Shown here piece after piece: positions 1-8,035 of a stretch of DNA of 24,285 bases. The first letter of the stretch is position 1. Each line of letters begins with the position of its first letter. Origin of the DNA: Myxococcota bacterium (GTDB taxonomy: Bacteria; Myxococcota; XYA12-FULL-58-9; JALHOP01). The position numbers and the translations under genes were made by a program. The notes below the pieces were generated by a model. It saw only the letters and a list, made by a program, of their open reading frames with translations, made no database searches and had not been told where the DNA came from. Location of the stretch: NCBI GenBank assembly GCA_041288095.1, contig JBGGMJ010000114.1, positions 1-24,285 of the forward strand, given 5' to 3'.

Positions 1-296
1 ACCCGACGATGCCGCCGGTCGAAACCCAATACCGAGCGCTCGAGGCCTTCAAGGACAAGCCCATGATCATCCGCTGGCTCCTCGCCGACGGCATGACCTA
101 CGAGGGCGCCAAGGAGGCGTATGAGCCTTTCGACACGCTCAAGGGCGTCGATCCGGAAAATCGAAGGGCGCTTGCCGAAATTATCGCTAGACACGACGCC
201 GGCTCCGTAGTGGTTGTGAACAACCAAGCCGAGGGGTCCGCCCCGCTTTCCGTGGCTGCGCTTGCAGACGCGGTGGTTACTCGTCGCCGGAGCTAG
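1..296 (+). CDS. DUF72 (YecE-like) family protein, C-terminal part (5'-truncated by window)
   Basis: Frame is open from the window edge (..PTMPPVETQ). IIRWLL..MTYEGAKEAYEPFD and VVVNNQAEGSAPLSV resemble the DUF72 C-terminus (RW..., NNKAEGSAPL). Confidence 0.7.
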   Translation, partial: PTMPPVETQYRALEAFKDKPMIIRWLLADGMTYEGAKEAYEPFDTLKGVDPENRRALAEIIARHDAGSVVVVNNQAEGSAPLSVAALADAVVTRRRS

Positions 297-300
297 CTCG

Positions 301-1605
301 ATGAAATTGCGTGTTTTGGGTGCTGCCGCCGTCCTCGCGGTGCTCGCTTATCCGTTACCGTCGTATGCGTCGTTTCACTTCACCTTGATCAACGAGGTCT
401 TCGCCGGCTCGCAGTACGACGGCGACGTTCAGTACATCGAGATCAAGGCCTACTCGGGCAGCCAGAACCTCTTCAACGGTCAGAGCCTAACCATCTCCGA
501 CCGCAACAATGTCACGACGACGCTGACGTTCAACCGGAACCTCCCCGGCAGCGCCAGTCAGATGACGGTGCTGATCGCGACCCAAGCCGCGGCCGCGCGC
601 CTGAACGTAACGCCTGACTTCATCATGCAGCCCGTGATCGATCGCGAGGGCGGCAAGATTTGCTTCGTCGGCGTCGATTGCTTCGCCTGGGGCACCTTCA
701 ATGGCACGACGGGGACGGGCGCCAATGACTTCGGCACGAAGTACGAGGCAACGAATGGGCTTCCGCTCGACCAGGCCGTCGTCCGCGATGACGGAGGCGA
801 TGTATTGCAGGCGAGCGACGACACCAACGACAGCGCCGCGGATTTTGACGCAGGGACACCGACACCACGCAATAACGCCGGTGTCACCGGCGACTACCTG
901 CCCGACTGCGGCAACGGAGCGGAAGACAGCGGCGAAGAGTGCGACGACGCCAACACCTCCCAGACCGACGCCTGCAGCGTGCGCTGCGAGGACGCCGAGT
1001 GCGGTGACGGCATCGCCCAAACCGGGGGTGTCGAGGAGTGCGACGACGGCAACGGCGTGAACACCGATGCTTGCCGCAACGACTGCCAGCTCCCCGCGTG
1101 TGGCGACGGCGTGGTCTCGACCGGAGAACAATGCGAGCCGCCGAGCACCGCGACGTGCACCGACACCTGCTTGGTCATCAATGTCGGCTGCGGCGACGGC
1201 CTGCCCGACGCCGGTGAAGAGTGCGACGACGGCAACACCGCGAGCAACGACGGCTGCCGCGGCAACTGCACCAACGAGGTCTGCGGCGACGGCATCGTCG
1301 ACTTCGACGAGGACTGCGACGACGGTAACACCGCGAACGGCGATAGCTGCCGTGGCGACTGCCAGGTGCCCGGTTGCGGCGACAGCGTCGTCGACGCCGG
1401 CGAGACCTGCGACGACGGCAACACCACCGTGGGCGACGGCTGCGACGCGACCTGCATCATCGAGGAAGACGATCACGATCACGAGGAGCCGGGCGACGAG
1501 GACCCGGTGGCCGAAGACGACGGCTGCGCGTCGACCAAGCCCAACCTCGCGTGGCTCGCGATGTTTCTGGCGATCATCGGCGGCCGCCTGATCCGCCGGC
1601 GGTGA
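301..1605 (+). CDS. Secreted/surface protein with Myxococcus cysteine-rich repeats (DUF4215-like), N-terminal lamin-tail-like domain and C-terminal MYXO-CTERM-like sorting signal
   Basis: ATG at 301 with GGAG upstream. Signal peptide MKLRVLGAAAVLAVLAYPLPSYA, then INEV..QYIEI (lamin-tail-like), six CGDG..EECDDGN..DxC repeats, and a tail DDGCASTKPNLAWLAMFLAIIGGRLIRRR. Confidence 0.85.
   Translation: MKLRVLGAAAVLAVLAYPLPSYASFHFTLINEVFAGSQYDGDVQYIEIKAYSGSQNLFNGQSLTISDRNNVTTTLTFNRNLPGSASQMTVLIATQAAAARLNVTPDFIMQPVIDREGGKICFVGVDCFAWGTFNGTTGTGANDFGTKYEATNGLPLDQAVVRDDGGDVLQASDDTNDSAADFDAGTPTPRNNAGVTGDYLPDCGNGAEDSGEECDDANTSQTDACSVRCEDAECGDGIAQTGGVEECDDGNGVNTDACRNDCQLPACGDGVVSTGEQCEPPSTATCTDTCLVINVGCGDGLPDAGEECDDGNTASNDGCRGNCTNEVCGDGIVDFDEDCDDGNTANGDSCRGDCQVPGCGDSVVDAGETCDDGNTTVGDGCDATCIIEEDDHDHEEPGDEDPVAEDDGCASTKPNLAWLAMFLAIIGGRLIRRR
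907..1464 (+). repeat. Six tandem ~30-aa Cys-rich repeats (CG[DN]G-x-EECDDGN-x-DxC-x3-C)
   Basis: Units start CGNGAED, CGDGIAQ, CGDGVVS, CGDGLPD, CGDGIVD, CGDSVVD. The DNA repeats tgcggcgacggc and tgcgacgacggcaac. The third unit is degenerate (EQCEPP). Confidence 0.9.
1522..1605 (+). other. MYXO-CTERM-like protein sorting signal
   Basis: GC dipeptide, then a hydrophobic helix (LAWLAMFLAIIGG), then a basic tail RLIRRR-stop. Confidence 0.7.
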
Positions 1606-1683
1606 TTGGGCGCACGCGGGGACCTGTCAGGTCGGCAGGCTCCAAACCCGGAACGCTGGGGGTGGGCTGCCGAGCATGAAGGC

Positions 1684-2310
1684 ATGACCCCAGAAATTCG
1701 CCCGTCGCCCACTAGCCCAACGATCGTCGATAGCGCAGGTGCCCAACACGGCAGCACCGCAGCCGCATCTCCGCCTCTCGGGCATGCCATGCAGTCGCCG
1801 GGCGAAGCCCAAGCCCCGCAAGCTCCACCTTCGATCGAGGCCGCGACGGCCCGCAAAGTGACGGTCCCTTCGCGCGAGCACTTTCTCGCCTTGATCGCGG
1901 AAGCCGCCCAGCTCGGCACAGTCACCCTCGAGAGCTACCCCCGCTTCGACCAACTTCTCTACTATTTGATCGACGCCAACGTCTTCGGGAAGCACTACGC
2001 CAAAGAGGCGGGGCTCACGGTCTCGCCCGCCGAAGAACGCGACGCCCCAACGAAGATGTCCGTCAAAGCAGTCAATGGCGGTTACGACGTCACGATGGTC
2101 CGTCTCTTCGAGGTGGGTGACCGCCTGCCCTACGAAAAGACGAGCGACGCGACAGTGCGCCTCACCGAAACCGGCGGTCAGGTGACCATTGGCCGCGAGC
2201 GCAAGGTCGCTGCCAACGAGGAGGCGGCCAAGGCGAAGCCCTGGTTGCCAATCCTCGGCGCGCTGGGCGCGCTGCGCGCCATCGTCTCGAAGATCTTCGG
2301 CAGGGATTAA
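1684..2310 (+). CDS. Hypothetical protein with P/S/A-rich disordered N-terminus and C-terminal amphipathic helix
   Basis: ORF with host-like codon use. ATG at 1684 preferred to TTG at 1606. Its stop shares TTAA (2307-2310) with the convergent pilT stop. Confidence 0.6.
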   Translation: MTPEIRPSPTSPTIVDSAGAQHGSTAAASPPLGHAMQSPGEAQAPQAPPSIEAATARKVTVPSREHFLALIAEAAQLGTVTLESYPRFDQLLYYLIDANVFGKHYAKEAGLTVSPAEERDAPTKMSVKAVNGGYDVTMVRLFEVGDRLPYEKTSDATVRLTETGGQVTIGRERKVAANEEAAKAKPWLPILGALGALRAIVSKIFGRD

Positions 2311-3380
2311 GCGTCAGGGGGCAAGAGCTCTTCGAAGCGCTGCTTGTTGGTGGCCTTCATGTAGGCCTCCTTCGGTAGCACCCTGCCCTCTTTCACCAAG
2401 GCGAAGAGGGCGTCGTCCATGGCCTGCATGCCGAGATTCTTTCCGCTCTGGATGATCGAGTAGATCATCGGCGTGTTGCCTTCGCGGATGACGTTCGGCA
2501 GGCCCGGCGTGCGCACCAAGATCTCGTTGACGGCGCAGCGGCCCTTGCCGTCGGCGGTGGGCAACAGGAGCTGCGAAACGATGCCGGCGATCGACTCCGA
2601 CAACGTCGTCCGGACCTGCGACTGCTGATCCGCGGGGAACGCGTCGATCAAACGGTCGATGGTCTTGGCCGCGCTGTTGGTGTGCAGCGTCCCGAAGACC
2701 AAGACGCCCATCTCGGCCGCGGTGATCGCGAGCGCTATGGTCTCGAGGTCGCGCATTTCGCCGACGAGGATGACGTCGGCGTCCTCGCGGATTGCCGCGC
2801 GTAACGCGGTGCCGAAGCTCTCGGTGTCTGCGCCGACCTCGCGCTGCGAGAACACGCTCTTCTTGTTCTGGTGCACGAACTCGACGGGATCCTCGATGGT
2901 GACGATGTGCTTCGCGTACGTCGAGTTGATGGTGTCGATGACGCCGGCGAGCGTCGTCGATTTACCCGAGCCGGTCGGACCGGTGACGAGCACCAAGCCC
3001 TGCTGCAGGTGCGCGAACTTCTCGATGGCGGGTGGCAGCTTGAGCTGGGCGAGGGGCACGATTTTGTCGGGGATGATGCGGAACACCGCGCCGGCGCCGT
3101 TCTCCTGTCTCAAGAAGTTGGCGCGGAAACGCGCGAAGCCCTCCATGCCGTAGGCGAAGTCGAGGTCGCCCGTCGTGTCGTATTCTTGCCACTGCTTGGC
3201 GCTGCACATCTCTTGCAGCAACGCGCGCAGGTCTTCGTCCGTCAAAACGGGCCAGCCTTCGACGTCTTCGAGCGAGCCGTTTTTGCGGATGCGCGGCGCG
3301 AGCCCGGCGGCCATGTGCAAGTCCGAGCCGCCTTTGTCCTTGAGATAACGGAAGAGCTGATCGATGCGGGCCATGGTCAT
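2307..3380 (-). CDS. pilT: Type IV pilus retraction ATPase, PilT/PilU family
   Basis: GSDLH, Walker A GPTGSGKSTT, TIEDPVE, AIREDADVILVGEMRDLET, GTLHT, NVIRE and GMQ motifs. ATGA overlap with the upstream paralog. Start could be 3374. Confidence 0.93.
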   Translation of the reverse strand: MTMARIDQLFRYLKDKGGSDLHMAAGLAPRIRKNGSLEDVEGWPVLTDEDLRALLQEMCSAKQWQEYDTTGDLDFAYGMEGFARFRANFLRQENGAGAVFRIIPDKIVPLAQLKLPPAIEKFAHLQQGLVLVTGPTGSGKSTTLAGVIDTINSTYAKHIVTIEDPVEFVHQNKKSVFSQREVGADTESFGTALRAAIREDADVILVGEMRDLETIALAITAAEMGVLVFGTLHTNSAAKTIDRLIDAFPADQQSQVRTTLSESIAGIVSQLLLPTADGKGRCAVNEILVRTPGLPNVIREGNTPMIYSIIQSGKNLGMQAMDDALFALVKEGRVLPKEAYMKATNKQRFEELLPPDA

Positions 3381-4756
3381 GCCCCTTTCAGCTTGGCGGG
3401 TTCTTCGGCGTGTTTCATCGCTTCCTCGAGAGTGACGACGCCCTTCTTCACCAGGTCGCGCAGCGCATCGTCGAGCAGCACCATGCCTTGCGATACGCCG
3501 GTCTGCATCGCCGAGCGGATCTGGAAGGTCTTGTCCTCGCGGATGAGATTGCCGACCGCCTTGTTGACGACCAGCACCTCGAGCGCGAGCGTGCGACCTT
3601 TACCGTCGGCGCGCGGCACGAGTCGCTGCGACACCACGGCGCGCAGCGACTCCGAGACCATGGTGCGGATCTGCGCCTGCTGCGCGGGTGGAAAAACGCC
3701 GAGCAGGCGATTGATGGTGCGGATGGCGTTGTTGGTGTGCAGGGTCGCGAGCACCAAGTGACCGGTCTCGGCCGCGGTCAACGCGAGCGAAATGGTCTCG
3801 AGGTCACGGAGCTCACCCAGCGCGATGACATCGGGATCTTCGCGCAGCGCGCCACGCAGGGCGCGCGCGAAGCTCGCGGTGTGCTTGCCAGCCTGTCGCT
3901 GATTCACCGAGCAGCGCTTGGGCGTGTGCACGTATTCGATCGGGTCTTCGACGGTGATGATATGATCACGCCGCTCTTCGTTGATGATGTTGACGAGCGC
4001 CGCGAGCGTCGATGACTTGCCGCAACCCGCGGGCCCAGTGAGCAGCACCATGCCCTGGTGAAAGTTCGTGAACTTGGCGAGCGACGCCGGTAGCCCGAGC
4101 TCTTGCAAGGTGGGCGGCTTCTCGGAGATGGCGCGCAGCACGCAGTCGGTCCCGCGCTGCTGGCGATAAGCGTTTCCACGAAAGCGGCCGACGCCGTCGA
4201 GGGTGTACGCGAAGTCGACCTGACCCTTTTCGTCGAGGATGGCGCGCTGCCCATCGTCGAGGAGTTGCATGACCAAGCCCGCGGAGCGCGCGGGAGTCAG
4301 CGGATCAGCCTCGACGTCGTGCAAGACGCCATGTACGCGATAGCGGATGGGCGCGCCGGCATGCAGGTGAATGTCGCTGGCTCCGTCGGCGACCGCTTTC
4401 TTGAGCAGCTCGACGTGACCGACGCTCGACGTGGCGCTCACCGTCGGGCGCCGAGTCGCGGCCATGTTCGCCACTGCCTGCGCCGCCGCGCCGGCGACCG
4501 GCTCTCCCGAGGCTGGCGCGGGAGCCGGCTTGGGTGCCGTCGTTTGCTGCTTGGCCAGGTACTCGCGCTGCACCTTCATCAACTGCTCGAGCTGAGCCGC
4601 GTTGATGACCCCCTTGGCAACGAGGAGCTGACCCAAGGGCTGCGAGCCGCCCGCGCGTGCTTGGTCGCGGGTGGCTTGGTTGATCTGGTCGAGGGTAGCG
4701 AGCTTGTAGTGAACGGCGAGACGCCCGAGGAGGCCGTCCGTATTGGCGTCACTCAT
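3377..4756 (-). CDS. pilT: PilT-family ATPase with N-terminal MshEN-like extension
   Basis: ASDIH, Walker A GPAGCGKSST, TVEDPIE, ALREDPDVIALGELRDLET, ATLHT and AVGNLIRE. About 110 aa N-terminal extension with two LG-x-L..Q repeats and a Pro/Ala linker. Confidence 0.9.
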   Translation of the reverse strand: MSDANTDGLLGRLAVHYKLATLDQINQATRDQARAGGSQPLGQLLVAKGVINAAQLEQLMKVQREYLAKQQTTAPKPAPAPASGEPVAGAAAQAVANMAATRRPTVSATSSVGHVELLKKAVADGASDIHLHAGAPIRYRVHGVLHDVEADPLTPARSAGLVMQLLDDGQRAILDEKGQVDFAYTLDGVGRFRGNAYRQQRGTDCVLRAISEKPPTLQELGLPASLAKFTNFHQGMVLLTGPAGCGKSSTLAALVNIINEERRDHIITVEDPIEYVHTPKRCSVNQRQAGKHTASFARALRGALREDPDVIALGELRDLETISLALTAAETGHLVLATLHTNNAIRTINRLLGVFPPAQQAQIRTMVSESLRAVVSQRLVPRADGKGRTLALEVLVVNKAVGNLIREDKTFQIRSAMQTGVSQGMVLLDDALRDLVKKGVVTLEEAMKHAEEPAKLKGA

Positions 4757-4826
4757 GGGGCTATACGGTACAGAGAACCGACTCTTGCCGCCAATCTATG
4801 ATGATCGATAGACTAGGTTTAACGCC
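4757..4826. promoter_or_regulatory. Divergent overlapping promoter region between pilT operon and fur
   Basis: Plus strand: TTGCCG(4785-4790)-N18-TAGACT(4809-4814). Minus strand: TTGGCG(4794-4789)-N18-TACCGT(4770-4765). Inverted repeat TCTAT-N8-ATAGA at 4795-4812. Confidence 0.45.
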
Positions 4827-5273
4827 ATGACCGGAAGCCCAACCACCTCGTCGCGCCTCGAGCTGCTTTGTGAGCAGCGCGGTCTCCGTATGACGGACCA
4901 GCGCCGGGTCATCGCGCGCGTGCTCTCCGACGCCGAAGATCACCCCGACGTCGACCAGGTCTACCGCCGCGCCACCGAAATCGACCCGCGCATCAGCATC
5001 GCCACGGTCTACCGCACCCTGCGGCTCTTCGAGGAAGCCAACATCCTCGAGCGTCACGATTTCCGCGATGGGCGGGCCCGCTACGAAGAGACGCGTGAGA
5101 CGCACCACGACCACTTGATCGACACCGAGAGCGGCACCGTCGTCGAGTTCCAGAACGCCGAAATCGAAGCCCTCCAGCACAAGATCGCCAAGGAGCTGGG
5201 ATACGAGCTGGTCGGGCACCGCCTCGAGCTCTACGCCGTGCCGCTCAACTCGAAGCGTCCGAAGAAGTCGTAG
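4827..5273 (+). CDS. fur: Fur/Mur family metal-uptake transcriptional regulator
   Basis: GLRMTDQRRVI, HPDVDQVY, ISIATVYRTL, HHDHLID and HRLELYA motifs. Confidence 0.95.
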   Translation: MTGSPTTSSRLELLCEQRGLRMTDQRRVIARVLSDAEDHPDVDQVYRRATEIDPRISIATVYRTLRLFEEANILERHDFRDGRARYEETRETHHDHLIDTESGTVVEFQNAEIEALQHKIAKELGYELVGHRLELYAVPLNSKRPKKS

Positions 5274-5833
5274 TGTTCGAGCTCATCGACCGGTGGGACC
5301 ACGAGGCCATGGATTGGCTCGCGGCGAATGTCCACACCATCGTGCTCGACTTGCCGATGCGCATCTTCTCGAGCTTCTGGGCGTTCAGCTGGCTCATTCT
5401 CGGGATCGCGGTGTGGTTGGTCTGGCGAGGCGGCGATCGGGGTCGGATCCTCGTGATCACCGCGCTGTTGTTGGTGCTGCTGACCGACCAGCTGGCCGCG
5501 AGCATCATCAAGCCGCTGGTTGCGAGGCCGCGGCCGTACGGCGGCGGCGGCTCGTTTTCCTTCCCCTCGGTGCACGCCACCAACATCGCGGCGCAGGCGA
5601 CGCTTTTCGCGCGCTTCTATCCGAAGATCACCGCGGCCTTCGGGCTGATCGCGGTGCTCGTCGGCTTTTCACGCGTTTATCTCGAGAAACACTACCCGAG
5701 CGACGTCATCGGCGGAGCGCTCCTCGGAATAGTGCTTGGTGGGTGCGCTTCTTGGGCCGCTTTACGCTGGGGCAACCGCGCCATGGCGTGGACAAAGAGC
5801 AAGTGGATGAAAAGTCACAGGTCCGCTCCTTGA
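5273..5833 (+). CDS. PAP2 family membrane phosphatase (undecaprenyl-PP/lipid phosphatase-like)
   Basis: C1 KPLVARPRP, C2 SFPSVH and C3 SRVYLEKHYPSDV, with several TM helices. GTG start overlaps the fur stop (TAGTG). Confidence 0.9.
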   Translation: MFELIDRWDHEAMDWLAANVHTIVLDLPMRIFSSFWAFSWLILGIAVWLVWRGGDRGRILVITALLLVLLTDQLAASIIKPLVARPRPYGGGGSFSFPSVHATNIAAQATLFARFYPKITAAFGLIAVLVGFSRVYLEKHYPSDVIGGALLGIVLGGCASWAALRWGNRAMAWTKSKWMKSHRSAP

Positions 5834-5869
5834 TTCGCGCGCCCGTGTCGGCCAAAAGTCCTCGCATCC

Positions 5870-7309
5870 ATGTCTAGTCGCAATCTCACGCAGCGCCGCA
5901 CCAAGGTCGTCGCGACCCTGGGCCCCGCCACCGATAGCCCGGAGATGATCCGCAAGCTCATCGACGCGGGCATGAACATGGCGCGCATCAATGGCTCGCA
6001 CGGCGATCACGAGACGCACGCCCGCACCATCGCCGCCATTCGCGAGCAAGCCCATGAAGCCCGCCGCGCCGTCGGTATCCTCTTCGACTTGCAAGGCCCC
6101 AAGATCCGCGTCGGCAAGTTCGAAGGCCCACCCAAGCCCGTGAAGGTCGGCGATATCGTGTCGTTCGCGGTCGGGCGCGCACCCACCGGTGACGAGCTCC
6201 CCAGCGATTACGAAGGCCTCGACCGCGACGTCCAGCCGGGCCAACCGCTGCTCATCGACGACGGCAACATCATTCTGCAGATCACCCACGTCGAGAAGGG
6301 CTTGGTTCGGGCCCGCGTCTTGAACGACGGCGCCATCGCTCAACGCAAGGGCATGAATCTGCCGCAGAGCATCGTGTCCGCTCCAGCGATCACCGAGAAG
6401 GACCGGGCGGACGTGCTCTTCGCGGTGCAGCAGAAGGCCGACTGCATCGCCATGTCGTTCGTGCGACGCCCGCAAGACGTGCTCGAGCTCAAGGAGCTCT
6501 TGGCGTCGGTGGGCGCGCAAACACCGATCATCTCGAAGATCGAAAAACCACAGGCGCTGCAGAACCTGCGCGGCATCCTCGAGGTGTCGTGGGGCGTCAT
6601 GGTGGCCCGCGGCGATCTCGGCGTCGAGCTATCCCCCGAAGAAGTGCCGATGGCGCAGAAGCGCATCATTCGCGAAGCGTTGCGTATCGGCCGCCCGGTC
6701 ATCACGGCGACCCAGATGCTCGACAGCATGACGCGCAACCCACGTCCGACGCGTGCCGAGGCCTCCGACGTCGCCAACGCGGTGCTCGACGGCACCGACG
6801 CGGTGATGCTCTCGGGCGAGACCGCCTCGGGCAAATACCCGCTCGAGTCCATCACCATGATGGACAAGATCATCGAAGCGACCGAGAAGACGCTGCAACC
6901 GAACCCGCAAGCGCGGCGCCGTGAGCGCGGCCTCGACACCTCCGACAAGGTGGTCATCGACTCGGGCTGCAACGTCGCGGCGCAGCTGCACGCGCACGCC
7001 ATCGTCGCCTTTACCCTGCGTGGCACCACCGCGGTGCTCTGCTCGCAACGCAGGCCATTGACACCAATCATCGCCTTCACGCCGTCGCCGCAGGTGCGCG
7101 ATCTGATGAGCGTCGTCTGGGGTGTGCAGCCGCACATCATCAGCCAGCCGGCGGAGACCACCGAGAAGATCTTCGAGGAGCTCGACTCGGCGCTCTTGAG
7201 CGCGCAGCTCGCCGAGAAGGGTGACCGCCTCGTGGTGATGATGAGCTCGCCGAAGATGCGTCACGGTCCGACGAACGTCATGACCGTGCACCAGGTCGGC
7301 TACACCTAG
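5870..7309 (+). CDS. pyk: Pyruvate kinase
   Basis: RRTKVVATLGPA, DLQGPKIR, SKIEK, GVMVARGDLGVE, ATQMLDSM, PTRAEASDVANAVLDGTDAVMLSGETA. Confidence 0.97.
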   Translation: MSSRNLTQRRTKVVATLGPATDSPEMIRKLIDAGMNMARINGSHGDHETHARTIAAIREQAHEARRAVGILFDLQGPKIRVGKFEGPPKPVKVGDIVSFAVGRAPTGDELPSDYEGLDRDVQPGQPLLIDDGNIILQITHVEKGLVRARVLNDGAIAQRKGMNLPQSIVSAPAITEKDRADVLFAVQQKADCIAMSFVRRPQDVLELKELLASVGAQTPIISKIEKPQALQNLRGILEVSWGVMVARGDLGVELSPEEVPMAQKRIIREALRIGRPVITATQMLDSMTRNPRPTRAEASDVANAVLDGTDAVMLSGETASGKYPLESITMMDKIIEATEKTLQPNPQARRRERGLDTSDKVVIDSGCNVAAQLHAHAIVAFTLRGTTAVLCSQRRPLTPIIAFTPSPQVRDLMSVVWGVQPHIISQPAETTEKIFEELDSALLSAQLAEKGDRLVVMMSSPKMRHGPTNVMTVHQVGYT

Positions 7310-7318
7310 GCGCCGCAA

Positions 7319-7954
7319 ATGCGCTGGCTCGTTCTCGCCGTCATCGCCAGTGGCGCGTGCGCAACGCCGCGCACGCACCGCACCGGGCAGCCACTGGTGC
7401 TCGCCGCCGATCCCGCGCGCGGGCCTTGTGAAGAAGCGGCGTGGGTAGCGCTCGCGCCAACTCACGTCGGTGCCGAGGCTCAGGAGACGGTCGCGGCCAC
7501 GCAGAGCTGGATCATGTACAGCACGCACAACGAGTCTGCGGATGGTCTCGCCGCCTACCAGAAGGGCCTCGAGCTGCGGCTCACCAGCGAGCAGACCGCG
7601 CGCCTCATTGGCAACACGATGTTGCGGCCCGACATCGACGCTGACGTGAGAGCCATTCACAAGAAGAAGTCGACCGCGACCGGCTTCCTCGTCGGCGGGC
7701 TCGTCGCCACCGTCATCGGTGGCGGCATTGCTTTGGCGGATCTCGAGAACCCGACCGTGGGCCTGTCGATCATGGGCGTGGGCCTGGTGGCTGAGCTCGT
7801 CGCTTTGATGATTCGCCCTCATAACGCGGACGTCGCGTGGGCGGAGGTTCGCGACCGCATCTTCCTGGAAGGCGAAACCGACATTCCCGCGCTCGTCACC
7901 GGCGTCGATGCCGCCAACCAACGCACACGGGCATCCTGCGACGAGCAACCCTGA
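7319..7954 (+). CDS. Hypothetical lipoprotein with C-terminal TM hairpin
   Basis: MRWLVLAVIASGAC lipobox-like signal and two Gly-rich hydrophobic helices near the C-terminus. Starts 9 nt after pyk. Confidence 0.65.
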   Translation: MRWLVLAVIASGACATPRTHRTGQPLVLAADPARGPCEEAAWVALAPTHVGAEAQETVAATQSWIMYSTHNESADGLAAYQKGLELRLTSEQTARLIGNTMLRPDIDADVRAIHKKKSTATGFLVGGLVATVIGGGIALADLENPTVGLSIMGVGLVAELVALMIRPHNADVAWAEVRDRIFLEGETDIPALVTGVDAANQRTRASCDEQP

Positions 7955-8035
7955 TCGCCAACGCGGACGCCAGCGCGTCGATTGACGCCCTTCGTCGCCG
8001 GGGCTATCGAGCCGGCGGCCGACCGCGGCTACAGC

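Noticed and set aside
907..1464. Spaced DNA repeats as a possible CRISPR array
   Set aside because: The repeats are degenerate at third codon positions and encode protein repeats. No cas genes are present.
487..1482. Long antisense and alternate-frame ORFs over the Cys-rich gene (331, 188 and 174 aa)
   Set aside because: Shadow ORFs caused by high GC3 and repeats, with no motifs of their own.
1669..1676. GCCGAGCA as a sigma-28 -10 box
   Set aside because: No TAAA-like -35 at 15-nt spacing.
7982..8010. TTGACG-N17-TATCGA as the efflux cassette promoter
   Set aside because: Good -35 but weak -10. Plausible, but not supportable enough to list as a feature.
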